From NCBI GenBank assembly GCA_035703635.1, contig DASSXV010000044.1, forward strand, positions 1 through 64,000: 64,000 nucleotides of DNA, written 5' to 3'. This document shows positions 49,171 to 59,345 of the stretch, piece by piece. This DNA comes from Trueperaceae bacterium. GTDB lineage: Bacteria > Deinococcota > Deinococci > Deinococcales > Trueperaceae. The notes under the pieces are model-generated. The model made no database searches. It saw only the letters and a list, made by a program, of their open reading frames with translations, and had not been told where the DNA came from. Each line of letters opens with the position of its first letter. The stretch's first letter is position 1. The translations under genes and the position numbers were made by a program.

Positions 49171-49845
49171 TCAGAACGCGGCTTCCTCACCGGGGGCGAG
49201 CACGACGCACGACGAGGACGTCGCTTCCTCGACGGCGAGCTTGAACGCTTGAGCGTCTTGCGCGATCAGGGGGAACGTGTCGTAGTGCACGGGAACGACG
49301 ACCTTGGGCTTCAGGAGCTTGACGGCCTCGACTGCCGCGGCGGGGCCCATGGTGAAGTTGTCGCCGATCGGGAGGAAAGCGAGGTCGATCGGCTCGCGCC
49401 CGATGAGGCTCATGTCGGAGAACAGCGCCGTATCGCCCGCATGGAGCACGCGCTTGCCCTCGACCTCGAGCAGGATGCCGGTTGGCATGCCGCCGTAACT
49501 GCCGTCTGGGAACGAGCTGGAGTGCCAGGCAGGCGTCAGGGTCACCCTCCCGAAGCCGAACTTCATGCTCCCGCCGATGTTCATGGCGTGGCTCTCGAGG
49601 CCTAGCCGCTCCGCGTACTTCGCTATCTCTGCCGTTGCGATCACCACCGCGCCACTGCGCTTGGCAAGCTCGGGGGTGTCACCCCAATGGTCGCCGTGGG
49701 CGTGGGTGATCAGCAGGTAATCGGGATCGAGTTCCGCTAGCGTCACGCCGGCGCGCGGGTTGCCGCTGATGAACGGGTCGAAGACGAACTCCGTGCCTCC
49801 AGCCACGATCTGCAGGGCCGAATGTCCTAGATAGCGCACCTTCAA
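49171..49845 (-). CDS. UPF0173 metallo-beta-lactamase-fold hydrolase
   Basis: LGHS, THAHGDH, HSS, HAGDT, PIGDNFTMG, PVHYDTF; TTG start with AAGGAG RBS. Confidence 0.92.
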   Translation of the reverse strand: MKVRYLGHSALQIVAGGTEFVFDPFISGNPRAGVTLAELDPDYLLITHAHGDHWGDTPELAKRSGAVVIATAEIAKYAERLGLESHAMNIGGSMKFGFGRVTLTPAWHSSSFPDGSYGGMPTGILLEVEGKRVLHAGDTALFSDMSLIGREPIDLAFLPIGDNFTMGPAAAVEAVKLLKPKVVVPVHYDTFPLIAQDAQAFKLAVEEATSSSCVVLAPGEEAAF

Positions 49846-49931
49846 CTAGCTCAACTCCTTAGGCCGCCGTCAACCGACGCGACCGCCTCACGACTACTCG
49901 CTGGCGGCTGCGATCGGTGGCGGGCCTTGCC

Positions 49932-50285
49932 TCAACGCACGCCGACGTGTAGCTGGACCAACGCGAGGTAGTAGACGATCACTAGCAGCGTCGGAAGTCC
50001 AGCCATGCCAGCCGCTTCCTTGAAGCGCTTGAGCATGAAGAGCCCGAGGGCAAGGACTACCGAACCTGCCGCAACTATCGGAAAGATCCAGAACAGGGTG
50101 TTCCAGATGCCCGTAAGGTGCAGCTGCACGATGAGGCCGCCGTTGTGCGTGGCCTTGAGCACCGCGCCCATGGCCCAGAAGATGCCGATCATGAAGGTGC
50201 CAAGGAAACCGGCAGCCATGCCGAAGGCGGCCAACAGGCGCTCGTTGTCTACCTCTCCGGTCGTCCTGATACTCACACTTGCCAC
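49932..50285 (-). CDS. Small 3-TM hypothetical protein
   Basis: AGGAGG RBS before GTG; three hydrophobic segments. Confidence 0.75.
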   Translation of the reverse strand: MASVSIRTTGEVDNERLLAAFGMAAGFLGTFMIGIFWAMGAVLKATHNGGLIVQLHLTGIWNTLFWIFPIVAAGSVVLALGLFMLKRFKEAAGMAGLPTLLVIVYYLALVQLHVGVR

Positions 50286-50440
50286 GTGACCCTCCTAGTA
50301 TGTGGGGCTTAGCTTAGCAGTCTCTGGCCCCTGGCGGCCCCGAAGCAACCGGCTTACAGTGGTTGCCCGCACCTCTGGTACACTGTCACGTTTGGCGCTG
50401 GCCAAGAGCGCCGCGCTGCGAAGCGTGTTAGGGAGGAACC

Positions 50441-53308
50441 TTGCAGGACCTGGTCATCCGCGGGGCACGCGCAAACAACCTCAAGAACGTCGACCTCGTA
50501 CTTCCCCGCAACAAGTTCATCGTCTTCACCGGCGTGTCCGGTTCAGGCAAGTCGACGTTAGCTTTCGACACCATCTACGCGGAGGGACAGAGGCGTTACG
50601 TCGAGAGCCTCTCGGCCTACGCCAGGCAGTTCCTCGGCATCATGGATAAACCAGATGTCGATTCGATAGAGGGCCTCAGCCCAGCCATCAGCATCGACCA
50701 GAAGACCACCAGCCACAACCCGCGGTCAACGGTCGGCACCGTAACGGAGATCCACGACTACCTGCGCTTGCTGTTCGCGCGCGTCGGCATTCCACACTGC
50801 CCGATCTGCGGTCGCGTCATCCAGCGCCAGTCGGCCAGCGAGATCGTCGACCGCCTCCTCGAGCGTTTCCCAGACAAACGCGCCATGCTCCTCGCCCCCG
50901 TGGTGAGGGGCCGCAAGGGCGAGTACCGCAAGCTGTTCCTCGACCTCAAGAAGGAGGGCTTCGCGCGCCTCCGGGTGGACGGCGTGGTGCTCACCATCGA
51001 GCAGGCCCTCGAAGCGGACCTCGAGCGTCACGAGAAGCACGACATCGACGTGGTCATCGACCGCATTGTGCTCATGGAGGCGGACCGCTCGCGCATAGCG
51101 GAGTCGACGGAGCTCGCGCTCACCAAGGGCGAGGGCCTCCTGCGCGCCTTCCTGCCTGACGAGGGCATCGACGAGCTCTTCAGCGAGAAGTTCGCCTGCC
51201 CAGAACACGGGACGTTCCTCGAGGAGCTCGAGCCGCGCACGTTCTCCTTCAACGCGCCTTACGGCGCCTGCGCGCACTGCAGCGGCCTCGGCTACCTGCA
51301 GCAGTTCGACCCAGAGCTCATCGTGCCAGACCCGACGCTGTCGGTATCGCAGGGTGCCATCGCGCCCTGGACAGGCAGCCGTGGAGACGGCGGCAAGGTC
51401 TTCTACTGGGACCGCCTGCGCGCGCTGGCCGACTACACGGGGTTCGACATCTCCGCAGCGTGGCAGGACCTGCCAGAGGCGGCACGAAAGACGATCCTCT
51501 ACGGGAGCGACGAGCCTATCGAGGTCGTATACGAGCGCGGGGGCCGTGAGACCATGCGGTTCAGGGCCGAGTTCGAGGGCGTCATCCAGAACTTGCAGCG
51601 CCGCCTCAAGGAGGCCGCTTCGGACGCCGTGCGCGAGCGCCTCGAAGAGTACATGTCGCTCGTGCCGTGCCAGGAGTGCGGCGGCACGCGCTACAAGCCC
51701 GAGGTGCTGGCGGTCACCGTCGGCGGGCGCAACATCGCGGAGGTCAGCCACATGACCGTGCGCGACAGCCGCGAGCTCTTCAGCGACTTCGGCGTCGACG
51801 GCGCCAGCGCGAACGTGGCCAAGCCCATCCTGCGCGAAGTGAACGCGCGCCTCGGCTTCCTAGAGGACGTCGGCCTCGACTACCTGAGCCTCGACCGTAG
51901 CGCCAACACGTTGTCTGGTGGGGAGGCGCAGCGCATTCGCCTCGCCACGCAAGTCGGTAGCGGCCTAACGGGCGTGCTTTACGTGCTGGACGAGCCCTCC
52001 ATCGGCCTGCACCCGCGCGACAACGAGCGACTGCTGCGCACGCTCCTCAACCTGCGCGACCTCGGTAACACGCTCATCGTCGTCGAACACGACGAGGAGA
52101 CCATGCGCGCCGCCGATTTCATCGTCGACCTTGGCCCTGGCGCCGGGGTTCACGGCGGGCACATCGTCGCAGCAGCCACGCCAGGCGTGTTGGCTGAGGA
52201 TCCGAACTCCCTAACGGCGAAGTACTTGCGCGGCGAACTCAAGATCGACGTTCCCAAGCGCCGCCGCGAGGGTAACGGCAAGAAGCTGACCATCCAGGGC
52301 GCTCGCGAGCACAACCTGAAGGACATCGATGTCGACATCCCACTCGGCACCCTCACCTGCGTGACGGGCGCTTCCGGGTCTGGCAAGTCGACGCTCGTTC
52401 ACGGGATCCTGCACGCCGCGCTAGCCAAGCAGCTCTACCGCGCCAAGGCGCAGCCGGGGCTCCACACGCGCATCAAGGGTGCCGAGAACATCGACAAGGT
52501 CATCGAGATAGACCAGTCGCCGATCGGCCGGACACCGCGCTCCAACCCCGCGACGTACACGGGCATCTTCACCGACATCCGCGACCTCTTCACCCGCGCG
52601 CCGGAGGCACGCAAGCGCGGCTACAAGCCTGGGCGTTTCTCGTTCAACGTCAAGGGCGGGCGCTGCGAGGCGTGCAAGGGCGACGGCACCGTCAAGGTCG
52701 AGATGTACTTTCTGCCTGACGTCTACGTGCCTTGCGAAGTGTGCAAGGGCGCGCGTTACAACCGCGAGACGCTGGAAGTGAAGATCCGCGGCAAGTCGAT
52801 CGCGGACGTGCTGGCCATGACTACAGACGAGGGCGTCGAGTTCTTCGAGAACATCCCGACCATCGCCCGCAAACTGCAACTCATGCAGGACGTCGGCCTC
52901 GGCTACCTCAAGGTGGGTCAGCCCTCACCGACGCTGTCCGGCGGTGAAGCGCAGCGCGTCAAACTCGCCAGCGAGCTCGGGCGCCGCGGGACGGGGCAAA
53001 CCCTCTACATCCTCGACGAACCAACGACAGGCCTGCACTTCGACGACACCCGCAAACTCCTCGACGTACTCCACCGCCTCGTAGAGCAGGGCAATACGCT
53101 CGTCGTCATCGAGCACAACCTCGACGTGATCAAGACCGCCGACTGGATCATCGACCTTGGCCCAGATGGCGGCGCGCGCGGCGGCACCATCGTAGCTACC
53201 GGCACGCCTGAGGACGTGGCCGCCACGCCGGCGAGCTCGACTGGTCAGTTCCTGCGGCACGTTCCTGAACTCAAGGAGCGCCTGCCGCGGGTGGCAGACG
53301 TTGCCTGA
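50441..53308 (+). CDS. uvrA: Excinuclease ABC subunit A
   Basis: Two Walker A ([16 protein letters not shown]), two LSGGEAQR, zinc fingers; TTG start with GGGAGG RBS; TACACT at 50379-50384. Confidence 0.98.
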   Translation: MQDLVIRGARANNLKNVDLVLPRNKFIVFTGVSGSGKSTLAFDTIYAEGQRRYVESLSAYARQFLGIMDKPDVDSIEGLSPAISIDQKTTSHNPRSTVGTVTEIHDYLRLLFARVGIPHCPICGRVIQRQSASEIVDRLLERFPDKRAMLLAPVVRGRKGEYRKLFLDLKKEGFARLRVDGVVLTIEQALEADLERHEKHDIDVVIDRIVLMEADRSRIAESTELALTKGEGLLRAFLPDEGIDELFSEKFACPEHGTFLEELEPRTFSFNAPYGACAHCSGLGYLQQFDPELIVPDPTLSVSQGAIAPWTGSRGDGGKVFYWDRLRALADYTGFDISAAWQDLPEAARKTILYGSDEPIEVVYERGGRETMRFRAEFEGVIQNLQRRLKEAASDAVRERLEEYMSLVPCQECGGTRYKPEVLAVTVGGRNIAEVSHMTVRDSRELFSDFGVDGASANVAKPILREVNARLGFLEDVGLDYLSLDRSANTLSGGEAQRIRLATQVGSGLTGVLYVLDEPSIGLHPRDNERLLRTLLNLRDLGNTLIVVEHDEETMRAADFIVDLGPGAGVHGGHIVAAATPGVLAEDPNSLTAKYLRGELKIDVPKRRREGNGKKLTIQGAREHNLKDIDVDIPLGTLTCVTGASGSGKSTLVHGILHAALAKQLYRAKAQPGLHTRIKGAENIDKVIEIDQSPIGRTPRSNPATYTGIFTDIRDLFTRAPEARKRGYKPGRFSFNVKGGRCEACKGDGTVKVEMYFLPDVYVPCEVCKGARYNRETLEVKIRGKSIADVLAMTTDEGVEFFENIPTIARKLQLMQDVGLGYLKVGQPSPTLSGGEAQRVKLASELGRRGTGQTLYILDEPTTGLHFDDTRKLLDVLHRLVEQGNTLVVIEHNLDVIKTADWIIDLGPDGGARGGTIVATGTPEDVAATPASSTGQFLRHVPELKERLPRVADVA

Positions 53309-53435
53309 TCCTGCGGTGGCTCCCGCCGCGGCGCGCGCGTCGCTTGCCGTACCGTACTCCTCGCGGTGCGCGGCACAGTAGGATGCCAACCAATGTCAGG
53401 GGGCTGCCCGGCCCCCACGCCGAACGGAGCGCAGC

Positions 53436-53978
53436 ATGATTCGCACCGCACCCATGCCACAACGCCTCTTCGCTGGGCTCTTCTTCCTCCTGGCGGCAGT
53501 GGTGTGCGCCGTTGCGCCGATGCCGGTACTGTTCCGCAGCCTCGGCATCGCGCTGTCCGCGTACCTCGGGTTCGCAGCGGCCGGCATGCCAGTGGCGTAC
53601 CTCTGCGCCCTCGTCGCCCCGCCCATCGGCCTCATCGGCGGTGACCCCGACTGGCTCGTCATGCTGCCGATCGTGTTGAGCGGAAACCTGCTCGCCATGC
53701 TCGGACTCGAGTTCGGGTGGCGCTACGGCTCCATCCTCCTCTCACCCATCCTGCTGGTCGCGCCAGCCTTCGTTTCGTGGCAACTCTCGCGCAAGCCGCT
53801 CTTCGAGGTCGTGCTGCCGTGGCACGCCAGTGAAGGCACGTGGGTGGCGCTTCACTTCCTCGTCGCCGCCTTCGGCGTCCTGGTCGCGCTCTACCTCGAC
53901 CGCCGCCGCGGTAACGCCACCGAGGCCCGCGCGACTGAGGAACCCCCCAGCCGCACCGCTCCCGCCCGGCCGCGCTGA
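53436..53978 (+). CDS. Hypothetical membrane protein, about 6 TM
   Basis: GGAG RBS; hydrophobic throughout. Confidence 0.75.
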   Translation: MIRTAPMPQRLFAGLFFLLAAVVCAVAPMPVLFRSLGIALSAYLGFAAAGMPVAYLCALVAPPIGLIGGDPDWLVMLPIVLSGNLLAMLGLEFGWRYGSILLSPILLVAPAFVSWQLSRKPLFEVVLPWHASEGTWVALHFLVAAFGVLVALYLDRRRGNATEARATEEPPSRTAPARPR

Positions 53979-53991
53979 GGCCACACTAGCC

Positions 53992-54594
53992 ATGGCGAGC
54001 GCCAAGCCCCCTTCCTTTCTGGAGCGCCTCTTCTCCCCCGTTTGGTTCATGCCGACGGCCATCTGGGTCGTGCGCGTGTTCGCGACGCTGTTCTACGGCC
54101 TGCGAGTAAGCGGCCTCGAGCACGTGCCTCAAGGCGTCGGGCTGGTGGTGGCGTGCAACCACGAGAGCAGTTGGGACCCGCCCATCGTTGGCGTGTCCAT
54201 CAACCGCAAGCTTGAGTTCATGGCCAAGAAGGAGCTCTTCCAGAAGCCGTTCTCGCGCGCGATCATGCGCGGCCTGCGGGCGTTCCCCGTCGACCGTGAG
54301 GGCCAGGACATCGGCGCGATCAAGGAGGCGTTGCGGCGCCTGAAGGCCGGCAGGGCCATCGGCATCTTCGTTCAAGGGACACGGAACTCAGGCGACGCCG
54401 GCGGGCTAGACGGTGCGGCCTACCTGGCGCAGCGCGCGGACGTGCCGCTGTTGCCAGCAGCGATATGGCGTGAGGGACGCAGCTTCCGCGTGGCGTTCGG
54501 TCCGGCCATCGTGGCGCATGGCAAGACGCGCGACGACGCCAAGGCGCTCACCAGCGAAGTCATGGTGGAGATACGGGCGCTGCTGCCACACTGA
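53992..54594 (+). CDS. plsC: 1-acyl-sn-glycerol-3-phosphate acyltransferase
   Basis: NHESSWD (HX4D), AKKELF, FPVDR, IFVQGTR. Confidence 0.92.
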   Translation: MASAKPPSFLERLFSPVWFMPTAIWVVRVFATLFYGLRVSGLEHVPQGVGLVVACNHESSWDPPIVGVSINRKLEFMAKKELFQKPFSRAIMRGLRAFPVDREGQDIGAIKEALRRLKAGRAIGIFVQGTRNSGDAGGLDGAAYLAQRADVPLLPAAIWREGRSFRVAFGPAIVAHGKTRDDAKALTSEVMVEIRALLPH

Positions 54595-54662
54595 TAGCAG
54601 TCAACCTGTGGACGGCCGGCTCGTGGGGAATCCTACAAAGCACGTGGCAGAGCGCATTTCCC

Positions 54663-54691
54663 TTGTCACCCTCCGCTTCGTCTGCTACAGT
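54663..54691 (+). promoter_or_regulatory. Sigma-70-type promoter TTGTCA-N17-TACAGT for HU gene
   Basis: Canonical 17-nt spacing with extended -10 TG; GGAGGAGG RBS follows. Confidence 0.7.
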
Positions 54692-54727
54692 GCCTCCAAG
54701 TTAGAAACTTGCTCGGAGGAGGTCAGC

Positions 54728-55054
54728 ATGGCGAAAGCCAAGGCAGCGCCTAAGTCCACGCCCTCGAAGTCCAAGACGGTCTCGAAGGCCGACCTTATCA
54801 AGGCGGTAGCAGAGAGCGCAGCTACACCGAAGAACGACGTCAAGTCCGTTCTGGACCACATGCTTCAGCGGATCAGCACCCACCTAGACAAGGGCAAGAA
54901 AGTGCAGCTGACGGGCTTCGGCACCTTCGAAGTGCGTAGCCGCAAGGCCCGCACGGGCGTCAGGCCCGGCACCACCGAGAAGATCAAGATCCCGGCGAGC
55001 AAGTACCCTGCGTTCAAGCCGGGCAAAGGTTTGAAGGACAAAGTCAAGAAGTAA
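54728..55054 (+). CDS. hup: DNA-binding protein HU with basic N-terminal extension
   Basis: K.DLI..VA, VQLTGFGTF, RKARTG.RPGT...I.IPA...P.FKPGK.LK. Confidence 0.95.
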   Translation: MAKAKAAPKSTPSKSKTVSKADLIKAVAESAATPKNDVKSVLDHMLQRISTHLDKGKKVQLTGFGTFEVRSRKARTGVRPGTTEKIKIPASKYPAFKPGKGLKDKVKK

Positions 55055-55080
55055 GCGGTCAACAACTCAAGCAGCCTGCT

Positions 55081-55115
55081 CGCGGGGCGCCAGACTTGGC
55101 GCCCCGCGCTTTCTT
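55081..55115 (+). terminator. Rho-independent terminator after HU gene
   Basis: 12-bp perfect stem CGCGGGGCGCCA/TGGCGCCCCGCG, 4-nt loop GACT, followed by CTTTCTT. Confidence 0.85.
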
Positions 55116-55184
55116 CGCGCCGTTCGCCGTTAGCGTCAACCGGGCACGGCGCAGCTCGCTGGGCCCGAGTAAACTTGTGACCAG

Positions 55185-55886
55185 ATGTCATTACTTGACC
55201 AGATCGGTCCCGTCATGGTGGGTCCCTCGAGTTCGCACACCGCGGGCGCCTGCCGCCTCGCCCTGCTCGCGCGCCATGTGCTCGGCGCTCAGCCGCGCCA
55301 GGCGCGTTTCGTGCTGCACGGTTCGTTCGCCAAGACGGCGCAGGGTCACGGCACCGACCTCGCGTTGGTGGCTGGCCTGCTCGGTTATCTCCCAGACGAC
55401 GAGCGCATTAGAGACTCCTTCACGCACGCCGCGGCGGCCGGGCTGGAGTTCGAGTTCGCAACGGCGGACTTGGGCGACATCCACCCGAACAGCGTGCGCA
55501 TGGAGCTTAGCGGCGGCCCGGACGACGAGGGCGTATCGGTGCTCGGCTCGAGCCTTGGCGCCGGCTTCGTGAAGATCGTGCAAGTCAACGGCTTCGACGT
55601 TCAGGTTTCCGGCGCGTATCACACGATCCTCGCGCTGCATACTGACCGGCCTGGGGTCATCGCACGCGTTGCCAGCGTGGTGGCCGACGATGACGGCAAC
55701 ATAGCCACGGCGTTCTCCGCACGCCAACGCCGCGGCGGGCACGCCATGATGTCCGTCGAGATAGACCGCCCATTGGCGGAGTACGCCGTCACGTACTTGA
55801 CGCAACTCCCGTACATCCACTGGCTCCGCACGCTGCCCGCCGTCATGGCCACGGACCCAGCTCCACAGGGCGGTGAGGCGCAATGA
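55185..55886 (+). CDS. sdaAB: L-serine dehydratase beta subunit with ACT domain
   Basis: [34 protein letters not shown]. Confidence 0.95.
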   Translation: MSLLDQIGPVMVGPSSSHTAGACRLALLARHVLGAQPRQARFVLHGSFAKTAQGHGTDLALVAGLLGYLPDDERIRDSFTHAAAAGLEFEFATADLGDIHPNSVRMELSGGPDDEGVSVLGSSLGAGFVKIVQVNGFDVQVSGAYHTILALHTDRPGVIARVASVVADDDGNIATAFSARQRRGGHAMMSVEIDRPLAEYAVTYLTQLPYIHWLRTLPAVMATDPAPQGGEAQ

Positions 55887-56725
55887 CTCTCGCAGACATC
55901 ATGCAGTACTCGGGTAAGGCGTCGGAGTTCGTGCTGGACGACGACCTGGGCAACGACGCGGTTGCTCGCGAGCACTTGCTCGCGACCATGCTGAGCCGCA
56001 TAGGCGAGATGCGCGACTCCATCCGCCGCGGCCTGGCCACCAAGGCGGCTAGCCGCACGGGCATGGTCGGCTGGAACGCCAAAACTCTCCTTGACGCCCC
56101 CGATGTGCTTGGTGCGCCGCTGCTGAAGCGCGTGCAGGAGTACGCCATGGCCGTCAACGAGGAGAACGCCCGCATGGGGCGCATCGTGGCAGCCCCAACG
56201 GCTGGCAGTGCAGGCACCGTGCCAGGCGCCCTGCTCGGCGTCGCAGACCACCTTGGCCTGCCAGACGAGGACCTCGTCATGCCGCTCGTGCTTGCGGCTG
56301 GCATCGGGCAGGTCATCAGCAAGAGCATGTTCATCGCTGGTTCGACGGGCGGCTGCCAGGCGGAGATCGGTTCGAGCGCGGCCATGGCCGCAGCCGCCGT
56401 GACGGAGTTGCTGGGTGGCAGCGCCAACGCTAGCGTGCACGCCGCCGCGCAGGCGCTTATGAACACCATCGGACTGGTATGCGACCCTGTCGGCGGCTAC
56501 GTCGAGGTGCCGTGCGTGTCGCGTAACGCGTTCTACGCCGTGCACGCGGTGGCCGCAGCGCAGTTGGCGTTGGCTGGCGTCGAGTCTGTCATCCCCCCTG
56601 ACGAGGTCGTGTACGCCATGGCGGCGGTCGGCCGCATGCTGCCTCCCGAGTTACGGGAGACGGGGGAGGGCGGCCTGGCCGACACTCCAACTGGTCGGCG
56701 CATCGCCCTCAAGATGGCGCGCTAA
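55883..56725 (+). CDS. sdaAA: L-serine dehydratase alpha subunit (Fe-S)
   Basis: [45 protein letters not shown]. Confidence 0.95.
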   Translation: MTLADIMQYSGKASEFVLDDDLGNDAVAREHLLATMLSRIGEMRDSIRRGLATKAASRTGMVGWNAKTLLDAPDVLGAPLLKRVQEYAMAVNEENARMGRIVAAPTAGSAGTVPGALLGVADHLGLPDEDLVMPLVLAAGIGQVISKSMFIAGSTGGCQAEIGSSAAMAAAAVTELLGGSANASVHAAAQALMNTIGLVCDPVGGYVEVPCVSRNAFYAVHAVAAAQLALAGVESVIPPDEVVYAMAAVGRMLPPELRETGEGGLADTPTGRRIALKMAR

Positions 56726-56774
56726 TACCGGTCGAACGCTGCGTAGCCGCGGGCACGGTAATCCGCCACGGCGC

Positions 56775-56792
56775 TTGTACAATGTTTCACGA
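56775..56792. promoter_or_regulatory. Candidate Rex operator TTGTACAATGTTTCACGA overlapping -10 TACAAT
   Basis: 11 of 14 informative positions match TTGTGAA-N4-TTCACAA; directly upstream of ndh. Confidence 0.65.
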
Positions 56793-56867
56793 GGGGCTTT
56801 TGTCCCGCTCCAAGGTTACTTGCCTGAGCGGCCAGACCTACCGCGGCCCCCGTGAAAGGGGGCGGCC

Positions 56868-58232
56868 ATGGCCTCCCGCCCACGAGTAGTGATCATCGGC
56901 GCCGGTTTCGGTGGCCTGCACGCAGCCAAGCAGCTCGCCAACGCACCAGTCGACGTGCTCATGCTCGACCGCAACAACTTCCACACCTTCCAGCCGCTCC
57001 TCTACCAGGTCGCAACGGCCGCGCTGGACAACACCGACGTGGCATATCAGGTGAGGGGCATCTTCCACCACCAGAAGAACTTCCGCTTCAGGCAGGCGGA
57101 GGTCATCGGCTTCGACCACGCCGCACGCGAAGTACTGCTCAAGGGCGGCGACAAGGTGGAGTACGACTACCTCGTGCTGGCCGCAGGGGCCGTGTATCAC
57201 GACTTCGGCACCCCTGGCGTTCGTGAGAACGCCTTCGTGCTCAAGAGCCTCGAGCGGGCCGGCGTGATGCGCTCACACATCCTCAAGCGCTTCGAGGCCG
57301 CGGCTAGTGACCATGCGCTGGTCGAGAAGGGCGCCCTCACCGTCGTGATCGTCGGTGCGGGCCCGACCGGGGTGGAGATGGCTGGGGCCCTCGTAGAACT
57401 CTTCGACCGCGTGCTTGGACGCGACTACCCCGAGCTAGACATGCGCCTCGCGCGCGTCGTGGTCGTCGAGGCGGGCAACGCGGTGCTAGCGCCGTTCAAG
57501 CCCCGGTCGCAACAGTACGCCGAGCGCGTGCTGCGGCGGCGCGGAGTAGACGTGCGCTTAGGTTCCACGGTGGCTGAGGTCCGCGGCGACGCCGTCGTGC
57601 TGCGCTCCGGGGAGGTCATCCCCACTCAGACGGTGGTGTGGGCCGCCGGGGTGCGCGGCCACCCGGTAGCCGAGGCCCTCGCGAACGACGTTGGCGACGC
57701 CATGGAGCGCGGCTGGCGCATAAAGGTGGAGCCAGACCTAAGCTTGCCTGACCACCCTGAGATCTTCGCCATCGGCGACGTGGCGGGGGCGTTCGGCGCG
57801 AACGGGAAGCTATTACCCCAACTAGCGCAGGTGGCCATCCAGGGCGGCAAGCACGTGGCCCGCAGCATCATCCGGCGCCTGCAGCAACGCCCCACCGCGC
57901 CGTTCAAGTACCGCGACCTCGGGAGCATGGCGATCGTCGGTCGCAACGCTGGCGTCGCCGAGTTGTCGCCTGCGCTCCTTGGACTGGAACTGCGCGGCTT
58001 CCTCGGCTGGTTAGGCTGGTTGCTCCTCCACCTCATCTACCTACCGAGCTTCAGGAACCGCTTCTCCGCGCTGTTCACGTGGGCGTACGAGTACCTGACT
58101 TTCGACAGGCACGCACGCCTCATCCTCACTCCGCGCCCGGACACCTGGAGCGCGGAGCCCATACCAACACCGGCTTCAAGAAGCGGCGAGGTGGCGCCGG
58201 ACGGTGAAGCGCTCGACGAGGTCCTCACGTAG
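56868..58232 (+). CDS. ndh: Type II NADH dehydrogenase
   Basis: GAGFGG, FQPLLYQVAT, GAGPTGVE.AG, WAAGV, IGD, AQVAIQ, Y.DLGSMA..G. Confidence 0.95.
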   Translation: MASRPRVVIIGAGFGGLHAAKQLANAPVDVLMLDRNNFHTFQPLLYQVATAALDNTDVAYQVRGIFHHQKNFRFRQAEVIGFDHAAREVLLKGGDKVEYDYLVLAAGAVYHDFGTPGVRENAFVLKSLERAGVMRSHILKRFEAAASDHALVEKGALTVVIVGAGPTGVEMAGALVELFDRVLGRDYPELDMRLARVVVVEAGNAVLAPFKPRSQQYAERVLRRRGVDVRLGSTVAEVRGDAVVLRSGEVIPTQTVVWAAGVRGHPVAEALANDVGDAMERGWRIKVEPDLSLPDHPEIFAIGDVAGAFGANGKLLPQLAQVAIQGGKHVARSIIRRLQQRPTAPFKYRDLGSMAIVGRNAGVAELSPALLGLELRGFLGWLGWLLLHLIYLPSFRNRFSALFTWAYEYLTFDRHARLILTPRPDTWSAEPIPTPASRSGEVAPDGEALDEVLT

Positions 58233-59288
58233 GGTCACGCCGAGACCGGGCCCAGTTGTCGGAAGTCGCTGCACGCCAGCCACGGCGTCGAGGCGCTCCT
58301 CGATGACGTCCTCATCGCCCCAGTAACGGCTCGCGCTGGAGGTATCGCCAGGCAGGGTGTAGTTCTCGAGGGTGCTCATGTGGAGGTTATGGGCGCGGCC
58401 GACGCCTAGCTCGAGCATGCCGCCACACCACACGGGCGCGCCGAAGGCCAAGGCCACGTCGTGGACGCGCCGCGCCTCCAGGTGACCCCGCACGCGGCCG
58501 AGCTTGACGTTGATGACCCTGCCAGAGTCGAGCGCCAGGCCCTTGCGAGCGTCGGCGGCGGAGTGTACAGACTCGTCTAGACAGATGGGTGTGAGGAGGA
58601 GCGACTGCAGCTTGGCGTGGTCAACCAGGTCGTCGTGCGCTAGGGGTTGCTCGATGTAGTCGAGTCCCAACTCGTCTAGCTCGTGGAACACGCGCGCGTC
58701 CGTCAGGCGGTAGGCGCTATTGGCGTCGACCGTTAGGGCAGTGTCCGGCAGCGCGGCGCGAACGGCGCGCAGGGGTACTACGTCCCAACCGGGCTTGATC
58801 TTGAACTTCAGGCGCTTGTAGCCCTCGGCGACATGCCGTTCGGCCTCGGCGACGGTGGCTTGGGCCGAAGGCTGGATGCCTAGCGAGGCGCCAACGGCGA
58901 TGCTCTCGCGCACCCCGCCGAGAAGCTGCCAGAGCGGCACACCGGCGGCCTTCGCTTGCAAGTCCCAGAACGCCATCTCGAGGGCGGCAACGGCCATGTT
59001 GTGGCCCCTAATGCCGCTGACGGCGTGTAACAACTGCGCGGGGGTGCTGAACTCCTTGCCGACGACGCGCGGCAAGATGAACTCCTCTAGGGCCGTCCAG
59101 GCGACAGAGGCGGTTTCGTAACTGTATCCGGGCACTCGGTTGGCCGTCACTTCGCCGTAACCGACCAAACCGCCCGAGCGCAGTACCAACAACACCTTGT
59201 GCAGGTCGCGCTCGACCCCGAAACTCGTCTCGAACCGGAACTTAAGGTCGACTGCGAGCTCTCGCAGCTCGACGCTCTCGATCTTCAT
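58176..59288 (-). CDS. menC: o-succinylbenzoate synthase / N-acylamino acid racemase (enolase superfamily)
   Basis: F.TSFG, KFKIKPG, DANSAY, EQPL, LDES, N.K.GRV.G, WCGGMLE, GD.S. Confidence 0.85.
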   Translation of the reverse strand: MKIESVELRELAVDLKFRFETSFGVERDLHKVLLVLRSGGLVGYGEVTANRVPGYSYETASVAWTALEEFILPRVVGKEFSTPAQLLHAVSGIRGHNMAVAALEMAFWDLQAKAAGVPLWQLLGGVRESIAVGASLGIQPSAQATVAEAERHVAEGYKRLKFKIKPGWDVVPLRAVRAALPDTALTVDANSAYRLTDARVFHELDELGLDYIEQPLAHDDLVDHAKLQSLLLTPICLDESVHSAADARKGLALDSGRVINVKLGRVRGHLEARRVHDVALAFGAPVWCGGMLELGVGRAHNLHMSTLENYTLPGDTSSASRYWGDEDVIEERLDAVAGVQRLPTTGPGLGVTLREDLVERFTVRRHLAAS

Positions 59289-59345
59289 GGGCAGGCCTCC
59301 GTTCGCCCAGCATAAGGCGGAACGGCCGCTCGAAGCTCATAGACC

